From contig CAXXET010000006.1 in assembly GCA_963666115.2 (NCBI GenBank), forward strand, positions 256,001-320,000: a stretch of DNA of 64,000 nt, written 5' to 3'. Positions 18,868 through 28,721 of the stretch are shown piece by piece. The DNA comes from Dehalococcoidia bacterium (GTDB taxonomy: Bacteria; Chloroflexota; Dehalococcoidia; UBA6926). The notes below the pieces were generated by a model. That model ran no database searches and was not told the origin of the DNA. It worked only from the letters and a program-made list of their open reading frames with translations. How positions within the stretch are numbered: the first letter of the stretch is position 1; each line of letters starts with the position of its first letter. Both the position numbers and the translations under genes were made by a program.

Positions 18868-19095
18868 TCAACCGGGGCCGTGACCGGCGTGGCCGCCGCC
18901 CCCGGGCATTGGCATGTTGGAGAAGTCCATGCCGCCGGGCGCGGCGCTCCCAACGCCGAACGATGAAATGACCTTGTGAACGTCCGTGGAGCCGCAGCCG
19001 GGGCACTCAACCTCGCTTGGCTCCGCGTTAATGCTGCGGATCAGCTTCTCAAAATGGCCGTCGCAGGCACGGCATTCGTATTCAAAGAGGGGCAT
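18868..19095 (-). CDS. FmdB family zinc-ribbon protein
   Basis: MPLFEYECRAC...FE...CPGCGS...KVISSF. Confidence 0.85.
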   Translation of the reverse strand: MPLFEYECRACDGHFEKLIRSINAEPSEVECPGCGSTDVHKVISSFGVGSAAPGGMDFSNMPMPGGGGHAGHGPG

Positions 19096-19098
19096 TGC

Positions 19099-19329
19099 TC
19101 AGGCAATGCAGCGGAACGGGTCGTCGGGCCGCACCCGCTGGGGCTTCGGCATCGTGAAGTCGGGGACGCTGCTCTGCCAGACGCCGGTGACGCCGACGGC
19201 TGATATTTTGCGCTCCACCTCTTCGCTGTCGCAGGAGGGACAGGCGACGGCGGCGGGCGCGTTGTAGCCGCGCACGAACTTGTCAAAGCCGTTGCCGCAG
19301 GTTTTGCAACCGTATTCGAAGATGGGCAT
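19099..19329 (-). CDS. FmdB family zinc-ribbon protein
   Basis: MPIFEYGCKTC...CPSCDS...RKIS; ATG at 19329 with an upstream GGAGG. Confidence 0.85.
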   Translation of the reverse strand: MPIFEYGCKTCGNGFDKFVRGYNAPAAVACPSCDSEEVERKISAVGVTGVWQSSVPDFTMPKPQRVRPDDPFRCIA

Positions 19330-19384
19330 CTCTGTTGCGCCTCCCTGCTGCGGATTATAGACGGGGCGGTGTAGGGGGGGCAAG

Positions 19385-19533
19385 TTCACCCTTCGACAAG
19401 CTCAGGGTGAATGAGGGGGGCTCAGGGTGAACGGCGGGGGCTGTCATTCTGAGGGGTGTAGCCCCGAAGAATCCAGGGGCGTATTTGGTTGCACAATTGC
19501 GGCTTTGGATTCTTCGCTGCGCTCAGAATGACA
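19385..19533. repeat. Cluster of REP-like palindromic elements
   Basis: TTCACCCT-TCGACAAGCTC-AGGGTGAA (19385-19411), a partial copy, and a 92-bp element with arms TGTCATTCTGAG/CTCAGAATGACA and inner CGAAGAATCCA/TGGATTCTTCG. Confidence 0.75.
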
Positions 19534-19649
19534 GGGGATCCGGGAAATATCACCGTAATAACAGCGAAAATGGCAAAAGATCACGGATATATCGTTGACA
19601 GTCGTGGTATTGTTTGGGCATAGCCATTTAATCCTGGATTGGCGGGCGA

Positions 19650-22600
19650 ATGATTTCATCGGTTGGCGGGGTTGTGGGGTCTTGGCGAATCATCGTCCTG
19701 GGGTTGTTTGCCCTGGGGGCGGTGGTGTGGGCCGCGCAGCCCGTTGCGGCGTCGTCGCCGCCCGCCACGCCTGATTCCGTTACGGTGACCCGCGCCGACG
19801 GCACGCTCACCGCATCGTGGGTCGGCGTCTTCGGGGCGACCAGCTACCACATCACCTACAGTTCAGACGCCGGCGCAAGCTGGAGCCTCGCCGCCTTCAG
19901 CTACTCGCCTACCACCATCACCATCAGCAACATCTCCAACTCCAGCACGTACATCGTGGGTGTCCGCGCCTATAATCCCTCGGGCTGGAGCGGCTGGCGC
20001 AATTCCCCCTCCTCGCCGCCGTACTCCACTCTGCCCCCGCAGCCTCCGCCCACCTCGCCCCCCGCCAGCGTTGACGGTATCGCCACAACCCGCGCCGACG
20101 GAACGCTGACCGCAACGTGGACGTCCGTCCCAACCGCCACGCACTACCACATCACCTACTCGTCCAACGGCGGCGGAAGCTGGAGCCTTGCCGCCTACGC
20201 CCATCCCGCAGGCTCCCCCACAACCGGCATCACCTTCGGCGTCCACAACTCCAACACATATGTCGTGGGGGTGCGCGCGTGGAACGCGGCCGGCTGGAGC
20301 GGCTGGACGAACTCCGCGCCAAGCAATCCCTACTATGTGAACCCCCCGGCATTCCCGCCGCCCGCCATCTCCTCAATTACCACCTCCCGCAGCGCCGGCT
20401 CGCTCACCGCCACCTGGGACGCCGTGGGCACCGCGTCCAAGTACCACGTGAACTATTCGTCCAACGGCGGCGCGAGCTGGACCGCCGTCACCATGAACCA
20501 CCCCGCCGCGTCGCCCAAGACGAGCATCGTCATCAGCGTCGACCAGGCCAAGACCTATATCGTGGCCGCCCGCGCCGGCAACCACAGCGGATGGAGCGGC
20601 TGGACGAACTCATCGCCGGCCGAACCCGTCGGCCTCGATGCGCCCGCCACCGTCACGCTGGCGCACAACGGCACGACACTCGCGGCATCGTGGGATGCCG
20701 TGGACGATGCCTTCTGCTACGACGTCGAAATGCGGGACGGGCAGGGCGGCAGTTGGCTCCCCGTGCTTGTCGGCGCAACCGGAACCTCCGCGACCATCAC
20801 CGCGCCGAATCATCGCAGCAGCTACCAGATCCGCGTCCAGGCCCTCACTGAGGAAAACGCCGGCAGCCCCTGGACCGAGTCCTCCATGGCGCATCCGTCC
20901 ATGCAGCCCCCCGCCACTCCCTACTGGCTCAACCTCAGCCGCACCGGCCACGACACCGTGAAGGCCACGTGGAACGCCGTCTCCAACCAGACCGGCTACA
21001 CCGTCCAGTACAGCGGCGACAACTGGGCCACGCAGAGTTCCACGACTCTGGCCGCCGCCGATTCTTCCGCATTCTTCAACATGGACCTCACCAAGACATG
21101 GGTCGCCCGCGTCAAGGCCACCAACGTTTATGGCGACAGCCAGTGGAGATACTCCACCGCAATGGGACCGCCCCAGTTGACCGCCGAGGGCTTTTGGGAC
21201 TACGGCGAAATCAAGCTCACCAACTTCGGCGGCAACTGGTACTACAAGGCAAACGTCGGCCCACACGCCACCTGTCAGGGCCCCGTCTCCGGCGGCAGCC
21301 TGACCGTCAGCGGCCTCGCCAACGCCACGGAATACACATACAGCGTCCATGACAACGAAACCTGCGATGCCGTCACCGACGACGACGAAGAAACCTTCGA
21401 CACGACGCCGGTGAGCGTGAGCAACCTGGCCGAGACGACGGCTGGGACGGTCGGCATTGTCGGCAGGTACAGCAATACGGTCTACAGGCACGCCTCCGCC
21501 TTTAGCACGGGTTCCAACAGCGGCGGTTATGATCTGTCAAGCGTCACACTCGGTGTATGGCAGATTCAGGGTTCGCCTACGGCGCTCAACCTAACAATCC
21601 ACGCGGACAGCGGCGGCAACCCGGCCGGAAGCGCAACCCATACCCTGACGGGAACGTCGCCAACCGCAGGGGGCGACCACACCTACACGTGCCCCGGCAC
21701 CTGCAAGCTGGAACCCAACACGGTCTACCATCTGGTCATAGCCGCCAGCCTCCCCGCCTCAGGCAACCACTACTATGGCATCGACCGCACGACCTCCGAC
21801 AACCAGACGAACACGCCCTCTACAGCCGGCTGGTCCATCGGGAACGTGTATAAGTACAATTGGCCCGGCTTCAATTTCTGGAACACCAACACCGATTCAT
21901 ACATCCACCAGTTCACTGTGAATGCCACACCCATCGACCCCGATGCGCGCACCGTGGACAACCTCGGCGAGACGAAGGTCGGGACCAGCGCAGTCGGCAT
22001 GATTGATGGAACCGCCTACTCGCGAGCATCCGCCTTCACCACGGGTTCCGTCAGTGACGGGTACAAGCTGCAGGGTGTCACAATCAGCGTGGAGACCACC
22101 ACCGGCTCGCCCACGGGATTTACCGCGGCGATCCATCGGGCCAGCGGCAGCAGCCCGGCGTCCGCCGCGCTCTATACGCTGACCGGAACGACGCCGGCGG
22201 CGGGGGGAGGCGACTACACCTTCTCCTGCTCCGGAACCTGTTCCCTGTCGGCCAACACGACCTACTACCTGGTGATGAGTGGAACCGGCCCCAGCACGGG
22301 CCACCACTACTACGCCATCGACGAAACGACGTCGGACACCGAGACGAACACCCCGTCCTCCGCCGGTTGGTCCATTGCCAACGTCTCCAAGACCAGTTAC
22401 GGCGGCGGCGGCTGGAGTGACAATGGCCAATCGCGCATCCACCAATTCTCGGTGACGGCCAAGGAGGTCTCCATCCCCACGGCGGTCGCGGGCCCGGTTG
22501 GATTCAGCACCCTCACGCCCTTGAACCTGCTCACCGCCACCAATGTTGCGGACACAAGCCTCACGCTGAATATCTACAGTGGCTACACCAAGTTGGGTTG

Positions 22601-23777
22601 GTACTACTCGCGGATCGGCGGCGGCCCCACCGACCAGTGCGTCGCGGTTTCAGGCCACAGCGTGAATCTGACGGGGCTGACGGCAACGACGCGCTACGAA
22701 TACATCGCCTACTACGGCCCGTGGTGCCTGTCGTCCCAGATCATTGGCAGGACGTGGGTTACAACGGCGGACGCCGGTGTGGGCAACCTGACGCATAACC
22801 TGGACGGCGGCTGCGTCATCGGCAAGCCGAGCGGCTCGACCCATCGCCAGTGCGCCGCGGCGTTCACCACCGGCGCGAACCCCAACGGCGGATACTTCCT
22901 GCACTCCGCAGCCGTCCAGCTGGGCATCGACAGCGGCGGGACCGTTTCTACCAAGGTCGCACTCCACGCGGCTGACGGCAACGGGGCGCCGGAGACGCAG
23001 CCGATGGCCATGCTCGGCAGCACCGGCTCAAAGGCGCGCGGCGCCTACACCTTCACCTGCCTCAACAAGGGCACCTGCAACCTGGAGGAGAAGACCACGT
23101 ACTTCATCGTCGTCTCCGCGCCCTACTCCGCCTATAACTTCTGGCGCCACTGGGAGACCCGCAATTCCGGCCAGGAGTACCGCTGGCCCGCAGACCTCAA
23201 CTGGGCAATCACCGGCGGCGCGATGTACAAGCTCGGCAACGGCGACTGGACGGAAGACCCCTCCGGCAAGACGCCCGTGTTCCACGTGGCCGTCAGTGAG
23301 ACCGGCGGCGGCACGCTCACCGCGCAGACGATAGAGGCGACGGAGGCATCTCTTCGCATCAGCGGACACACCGGCGCCTGGTACTTCAACAGCAACAAGT
23401 CGCCGTACAACAGCACGTGCACCGCCATTAGCAGCGGCACCCGCGTCGACGTCACCGGGCTGTCGGGTGAAACGCACTACGTCTTCACGGCGTACAGCGA
23501 CAGTTCCTGCACGACACCGATCGCGTCCACGCAGTTCACCACGCTACGGGCGGCGAGCCTGACGGCCACGGTGAACAGCGACGACACGGTCTACCTGACG
23601 CTGTCCGACGGCCCGGATGACTGGTGGTTCAGGATCGGCCACGGTTGCCACGCGGTAAGCGGAAACAGGTATCCCACCACCGGCGGCATAGGCGGCTACA
23701 CGGGAACCCACACGGTGACGGCCTATTCAGACAACACCTGCACAACGCAGATAGCATCAACGACGTTCACGGTATGA
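19650..23777 (+). CDS. Large secreted fibronectin type III repeat protein (1375 aa)
   Basis: Signal peptide ending VAA-S; about five FN3 repeats (LTAxW...YxVxVRA.N..GWSGW); repeated SNL...AFxTG...GY.L..V domains and WYY...C...AY...C modules. Confidence 0.85.
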   Translation: MISSVGGVVGSWRIIVLGLFALGAVVWAAQPVAASSPPATPDSVTVTRADGTLTASWVGVFGATSYHITYSSDAGASWSLAAFSYSPTTITISNISNSSTYIVGVRAYNPSGWSGWRNSPSSPPYSTLPPQPPPTSPPASVDGIATTRADGTLTATWTSVPTATHYHITYSSNGGGSWSLAAYAHPAGSPTTGITFGVHNSNTYVVGVRAWNAAGWSGWTNSAPSNPYYVNPPAFPPPAISSITTSRSAGSLTATWDAVGTASKYHVNYSSNGGASWTAVTMNHPAASPKTSIVISVDQAKTYIVAARAGNHSGWSGWTNSSPAEPVGLDAPATVTLAHNGTTLAASWDAVDDAFCYDVEMRDGQGGSWLPVLVGATGTSATITAPNHRSSYQIRVQALTEENAGSPWTESSMAHPSMQPPATPYWLNLSRTGHDTVKATWNAVSNQTGYTVQYSGDNWATQSSTTLAAADSSAFFNMDLTKTWVARVKATNVYGDSQWRYSTAMGPPQLTAEGFWDYGEIKLTNFGGNWYYKANVGPHATCQGPVSGGSLTVSGLANATEYTYSVHDNETCDAVTDDDEETFDTTPVSVSNLAETTAGTVGIVGRYSNTVYRHASAFSTGSNSGGYDLSSVTLGVWQIQGSPTALNLTIHADSGGNPAGSATHTLTGTSPTAGGDHTYTCPGTCKLEPNTVYHLVIAASLPASGNHYYGIDRTTSDNQTNTPSTAGWSIGNVYKYNWPGFNFWNTNTDSYIHQFTVNATPIDPDARTVDNLGETKVGTSAVGMIDGTAYSRASAFTTGSVSDGYKLQGVTISVETTTGSPTGFTAAIHRASGSSPASAALYTLTGTTPAAGGGDYTFSCSGTCSLSANTTYYLVMSGTGPSTGHHYYAIDETTSDTETNTPSSAGWSIANVSKTSYGGGGWSDNGQSRIHQFSVTAKEVSIPTAVAGPVGFSTLTPLNLLTATNVADTSLTLNIYSGYTKLGWYYSRIGGGPTDQCVAVSGHSVNLTGLTATTRYEYIAYYGPWCLSSQIIGRTWVTTADAGVGNLTHNLDGGCVIGKPSGSTHRQCAAAFTTGANPNGGYFLHSAAVQLGIDSGGTVSTKVALHAADGNGAPETQPMAMLGSTGSKARGAYTFTCLNKGTCNLEEKTTYFIVVSAPYSAYNFWRHWETRNSGQEYRWPADLNWAITGGAMYKLGNGDWTEDPSGKTPVFHVAVSETGGGTLTAQTIEATEASLRISGHTGAWYFNSNKSPYNSTCTAISSGTRVDVTGLSGETHYVFTAYSDSSCTTPIASTQFTTLRAASLTATVNSDDTVYLTLSDGPDDWWFRIGHGCHAVSGNRYPTTGGIGGYTGTHTVTAYSDNTCTTQIASTTFTV

Positions 23778-23820
23778 CGCGCGGCTACTCCTTCCCGAAT
23801 GCACGTTCGGATGGCGCGCC

Positions 23821-26800
23821 ATGCGCCGGCTGACATTGGGCGTCATCGCCCTCCTTGCGGCGGGCATGACGTTGTCCGTCTCCCCCGTGGCGGCGCAGAC
23901 TTCCCCCGGCCAGGTGGCGAGCGTCACCGTCACCCGCTCCAACAACACCCTCACCGCATCCTGGGACGCCCCGTCAGGCGCGACCAAGTACCACGTCACC
24001 TATAGCTCCGATAACAAGAAGAGCTGGAGCCTCGCCGCCTACGACTTAACCGCCACCACCATCGACATCACCGGCATCGATACGTCGAAGGCATACATCG
24101 TCGGCGTGAGGGCGGGCAACGAACACGGCTGGGGCGGTTGGCGCAACTCCGCCCCCAACAGCCCCCCAGGCCCTCCCGCCCGTCCCGGCTACGTCACCAT
24201 CAACCGCGTCGACGGGTCGATCACCGCCTCCTGGAACTCAATCGTCGGCGCGGACAAGTACCACGTCACCTACAGCGCGGACGGCAAGAAGAGTTGGAGC
24301 CTTGCCGCCGCGTCCCACCCCTCCACCAGCATCACCATCAACGTCGATAACCAGTATCCCTACGTCGTTGGCGTCCGCGCAGGCAAGACCGAGGGCAACA
24401 ACACCCTGTGGGGCAAGTGGCGCAACTCCTGGTCGACCCCTCCCTGGGTTCCCGCCGATCCACCCCCGTCCGCCCCGGCAAGCGTCACACTCGATCGCGG
24501 CTGCGACACGTTCAGCATCAGTTGGACTGCCGTCCCCGGCGCGACCGGCTACGACGTCAACATCAGCAAGAACAACCGCAAGAGCTGGTCGCGCGGCCTC
24601 AGCAACGTCACCTACACGACGTGGAACTTCGTCAAGTGGAGCAAGAACAAGCCCTACACCATCGCCGTCCGCGCCCGCAACGGCGGCGGCGAAAGCGGCT
24701 GGACAAACTCCGCAACTGTCCAGCCCCCGCCCTGCGAAGTGGGCAATCTCCGCGCCGTCACCTCGACCACCCACGGCACGGCAGGCGGCAGCATCACCAC
24801 GAGTTGGAACGCCGCCACCCGCGCCACCGCCTACAACGTCAACTACCGCTCCGACGGCGGCCAATGGCAGCGCATCGCCACCGGCCAAACCGCCACCACC
24901 CACACCGGAACCGTTACCACGACGGGCGGCCACACTGTCGCCGTCCAGTCCACCAACGGCGGCGCAATGAGCAAGTGGCGCAACACTGGCGTCGGCTGGC
25001 TGACGGCGAGCAGCATCACCGGAACCGGCGCAACTATCACCCTCTCCGGCCACTCCGGCAGTTGGCACGTCAAGAAGACATCGCCCGCCCCCGCCGGAAC
25101 CTGCTCGTCCGCCATCAGCGGCACGACGCATGACCTCTCCAACCTGTTCGCCACCACAACCTACACCTACGCCGCCTTCAAAGACTCCGCCTGCGCCAAC
25201 GCCATCGGCAGCGCGACCTTCACCACCGGCGCATCCACCGCAGTCCCATCCGCCCCCGCCGCCCCCGCCCTCACCACCGCCAACGCCCAACTCAAGGTGG
25301 ACTGGACGGCCCCTGCCCACGGAGGGTCCGCTATCACCGACTACGACCTCCGCTACCGCGTGAATGGCACGACCAACTGGAGCGCCGCCTTCATCCAGGG
25401 CGCGACCTACAGCCCCGGACTCGTGGGGAACGGCATACAGAGCAACGGCAGCACGGGGCAGGCGCTCAACTTGGGGAACGTCAGCCTCTCCGGCCTCACG
25501 GTGACGAAGGTGACCGCAGGCGGCATATCCAACGTCTACAAGATCAGCGAGGCCGTGGGCGGGTTCCGGCTCACGCTGAATGCGCGAAACGCGAAGCACA
25601 ACACGACGCTGACGTACCGGGCGCGTTACGCCTCGACCGCGCCGGCGGCCAGCAACATGAACACCCATGGCACGCTCCTGTGGGAGCATACCGTCGGCTA
25701 TGGCTCCAGCTTCACCCGAGACGCCTGGACGCTGGCCCTGCCCGCCAACACCCATTTCTGGATTACGACAACCGCCAACGGCACGACCGACGGCGTCAGG
25801 CCGACCATCATGGCGGACGCAGTCAGAGTCCCCTCGCCGCTGAGGACGAATATCACGGGCCTGGCCAACGGCACGAGCTACGACGTGCAGGCGCGCGCCT
25901 CCAACGCCAACGGCATCGGCGCATGGTCGCCCTCGGCAACGCTCAAGGCCGGCCTGCCCGCCCGCGCGAGTGCCCCCACCATTGTGTATTCGGGCAACGG
26001 CCTGCTTGCGGTGACCTGGGCGGCGGTTTCCGGCAACGGCTCCGCCATCACCGACTACGATCTCCGCTACTCCTCCGATGGCGGCTCGACGTGGACGAAC
26101 GTCGAGATGAACGCGGCGGCCAACACGGCCCGCTCCTACACCAGGACGAGTCTCACCAACGACACCGCCTACGTGGTGCAGGCGCGCGCAAGCAACACAC
26201 ACGGCGACGGCCTCTGGTCGCCATCGTCATTGTCCGTCAAGGCGGGCGCCCCCGACGCCCCGGCCGCCCCCGCCCTCGCCTCCGGCAACGCAACGCTGAC
26301 CGCAACGTGGACGGCTCCCGCGAACAACGGCTCGGCCGTCACCCGCTACGACGTGCAATACTCCACCGACGGCTCCACGTGGTCGTCCGCCAACGTAACC
26401 ATCACCCTGTCAACCCGCACAGCCGTCATCACCGGCCTCACCAATGACACCGCCTACCAGGTGCGCGTCCGTGCCACGAACACCCGCGCCACCGGCGCGT
26501 GGTCAACCTCCGCCACCGACAAGCCTGGCCGCCCGCAGGCTCCCGCTGCCCCAACGTTGACGGCGGGCGCGCGGCAATTGACCGCAACCTGGACCGGCAC
26601 GACAAACGGCCTGGCCATCACGGACTACGATGTCCAATACCGCAAGTCGAGCGCGACGGACTGGTCGGACTGGGCGCACACCGGCACGGCGACGACGGCC
26701 ACCATCACGGGCCTTGAGGGCGTCGTTACTTACCGGGTGCGCGTGCGGGCGGAGAGCTCGGCGGGCGATGGGCCCTGGTCGCCAACGGCGTCCCTGGCCA

Positions 26801-28290
26801 CCAACGCGAGCATCCCTGATAGGCCCGCCGCGCCCACCCTCGACCTCGGCGTCGCCAATCAGATCACGGCTCGCTGGATCGCTCCCTACGACGGCGGCTC
26901 AGACCTCACGGGCTTCAAGGTGCGCTACAAGGAATCCTCGGCTTCCGGATGGACGACGCACACCTTCTCCTCAACCGGCGCCACCACTCAGACCACCATT
27001 TCCAGCCTGACCTCAGACACGAAGTACGACGTGCAGGTGCGCGCCACCAACGGCATCGGCGACAGCGTGTGGTCGGATACGACGCAAGGCACGGAGGGCG
27101 GTCTCTCACAGCCGACCGCCACCCTCTCGCCCGGCAACGGGCGGCTCCTCGTGTCCTGGACGGCCCCATCGAACCCCGGCACGGGCATCACCGACTACGA
27201 CGTGCGCTACCGCCAGGTGGGAGCAAGCGACTGGACGCGGGTCTCGGACGGGGGAACGGTTGGGCATGGCCACCAATTGAACTCCGACTCCGCCAGCAGC
27301 ACAGACCCGATTGACTTCGGCAACCTGGGCGCAGGGATCACCCGGGAGGCGCTGGGGAGCAACAACGGCCTCTACAAGGTTCCCAACGCCATCGACGAAA
27401 TGCGAATCTACATGCAGGCCAACAACGGCGCCGCTTTCACCCTGCGGACATCGTCTTCCAAGCCGACGGACCTCAGCGTGGGAACCGTTCTGGCATCGTC
27501 GTCGACAACGACGCCAAATAACCAGTTCACGGAGTGGGTCGGCCCCATCGCGGCCAACGGCTACTTCTGGGCGGCGCCCGCCACCGGCTCTTCGACGTAC
27601 CACTTCCGCTATCGCCGGATCTACCACATCGACCTGGCGACCACCGACACGAACTACACCATCGGCAACCTGACTAACGGCACGGAGTACGAGGTGCAGG
27701 TGCGCGCCGAGAACTCCGGCGGTGAAAGCGAGTGGTCGAGCCCGGTCAAGGGAACGCCGACGGTTCCCGCGCTGACCGCATCCAACATCCAGCCGAAGGA
27801 GGCGACGCTCAACATCACCGTCCACACCGCACAGTGGTGGTACAAGGCGGACACGGGGCCGCATACCTCCTGCCAGGGCCCCGTCGACGCCGGCACAGCC
27901 ACCAGGCGCGTCACTCACCTCTCCCCCGGCACGACCTACGTTTACACCGCCTACACCGACAGCGGCTGCTCTGACGTGATCGTCACCGGGAACGCCTTCA
28001 CGACGGAGCTCAGCCTCGATGTCTATGACGTCACGCCGACCGACCTCACACTAACCCTCCACGGCTGGACTCAAGCCTGGTGGTTCAAGCGCACGTCCGG
28101 ACCGACTGCGGACGACACGTGCCACTCCGTATCCGCCGGCCAGAGCGGCTACTTGACGAACCTGCAGCACTCCAGCCATTACACCTACAAGGCCTACAGC
28201 GCCTCCGGCTGCGCCGCCGCCAACGAACTCGCCGAACGAGGCTTCAACACCCCAATCCCCAACCAGAACCCCAACCCCCCAGACCACTAA
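23821..28290 (+). CDS. Large secreted fibronectin type III repeat protein (1489 aa)
   Basis: Signal peptide ending VAA-Q; about ten FN3 repeats (ITDYD.RYR, Y.VQ.RA.N..G...WS) and three Cys-pair modules. Confidence 0.87.
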   Translation: MRRLTLGVIALLAAGMTLSVSPVAAQTSPGQVASVTVTRSNNTLTASWDAPSGATKYHVTYSSDNKKSWSLAAYDLTATTIDITGIDTSKAYIVGVRAGNEHGWGGWRNSAPNSPPGPPARPGYVTINRVDGSITASWNSIVGADKYHVTYSADGKKSWSLAAASHPSTSITINVDNQYPYVVGVRAGKTEGNNTLWGKWRNSWSTPPWVPADPPPSAPASVTLDRGCDTFSISWTAVPGATGYDVNISKNNRKSWSRGLSNVTYTTWNFVKWSKNKPYTIAVRARNGGGESGWTNSATVQPPPCEVGNLRAVTSTTHGTAGGSITTSWNAATRATAYNVNYRSDGGQWQRIATGQTATTHTGTVTTTGGHTVAVQSTNGGAMSKWRNTGVGWLTASSITGTGATITLSGHSGSWHVKKTSPAPAGTCSSAISGTTHDLSNLFATTTYTYAAFKDSACANAIGSATFTTGASTAVPSAPAAPALTTANAQLKVDWTAPAHGGSAITDYDLRYRVNGTTNWSAAFIQGATYSPGLVGNGIQSNGSTGQALNLGNVSLSGLTVTKVTAGGISNVYKISEAVGGFRLTLNARNAKHNTTLTYRARYASTAPAASNMNTHGTLLWEHTVGYGSSFTRDAWTLALPANTHFWITTTANGTTDGVRPTIMADAVRVPSPLRTNITGLANGTSYDVQARASNANGIGAWSPSATLKAGLPARASAPTIVYSGNGLLAVTWAAVSGNGSAITDYDLRYSSDGGSTWTNVEMNAAANTARSYTRTSLTNDTAYVVQARASNTHGDGLWSPSSLSVKAGAPDAPAAPALASGNATLTATWTAPANNGSAVTRYDVQYSTDGSTWSSANVTITLSTRTAVITGLTNDTAYQVRVRATNTRATGAWSTSATDKPGRPQAPAAPTLTAGARQLTATWTGTTNGLAITDYDVQYRKSSATDWSDWAHTGTATTATITGLEGVVTYRVRVRAESSAGDGPWSPTASLATNASIPDRPAAPTLDLGVANQITARWIAPYDGGSDLTGFKVRYKESSASGWTTHTFSSTGATTQTTISSLTSDTKYDVQVRATNGIGDSVWSDTTQGTEGGLSQPTATLSPGNGRLLVSWTAPSNPGTGITDYDVRYRQVGASDWTRVSDGGTVGHGHQLNSDSASSTDPIDFGNLGAGITREALGSNNGLYKVPNAIDEMRIYMQANNGAAFTLRTSSSKPTDLSVGTVLASSSTTTPNNQFTEWVGPIAANGYFWAAPATGSSTYHFRYRRIYHIDLATTDTNYTIGNLTNGTEYEVQVRAENSGGESEWSSPVKGTPTVPALTASNIQPKEATLNITVHTAQWWYKADTGPHTSCQGPVDAGTATRRVTHLSPGTTYVYTAYTDSGCSDVIVTGNAFTTELSLDVYDVTPTDLTLTLHGWTQAWWFKRTSGPTADDTCHSVSAGQSGYLTNLQHSSHYTYKAYSASGCAAANELAERGFNTPIPNQNPNPPDH

Positions 28291-28319
28291 CCCCCACGAC
28301 TAACCGCCCCTACCCCCCA

Positions 28320-28338
28320 TGTCACCCTGAGCGCAGCG
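28320..28338. repeat. Half copy of the REP-like element
   Basis: TGTCACCCTGAGCGCAGCG is a 17/19 inverted match to 19515-19533. Confidence 0.6.
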
Positions 28339-28353
28339 TTGCCCGACACATTC

Positions 28354-28707
28354 CTAGTCTTGCGCCAGGAGCCAGGCGATGAGGGCGTCCAGGAAGGTGT
28401 CGTCGTAGCCGGGGGCGTGGCTGCTTCCTACGCCGCGCCATAGTTCGATGGTGATTCCCTCCGAGCAGCCCGATTGTTGGCGGAACGACTGCGTTTCCGG
28501 ACCTGACACGAAGCTGTCGTAATCGAAGGCGTCGTAAGGCTGCGCGTTTTGGGGCCACGGGCAACCGGCGCGTTGGCTCTACCGCGTCACCATCTCCTCA
28601 GCCCCAGCGTAGAATGCCAGCCCCTCATCATCACCTTTCGCGTCCGACTTGCTGCCTTGGCGGTCGCCCGCGTAGCGGACCACCTCGTCCGCGCCGCCCT
28701 TGTACAA
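28354..28707 (-). pseudogene. C-terminal remnant of an alpha/beta hydrolase (LpqC/PHB depolymerase-like)
   Basis: Manual translation LYKGGADEVVRYAG...AFYAGAEEMVTR*SQRAGC...ITIELWRGVGSSHAP...LIAWLLAQD*. In-frame TAG at 28579-28581 and no N-terminal half. Confidence 0.65.
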
Positions 28708-28721
28708 CGAGGGCTGGCTGC

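Noticed and set aside
19444-19659. 71-aa ORF containing CHSERSEES
   Set aside because: Translation of the palindromic repeat element.
19650-28290. Possible diversity-generating retroelement target in the FN3 genes
   Set aside because: No reverse transcriptase in the window, and no near-identical repeat pair differing only at adenines was seen.
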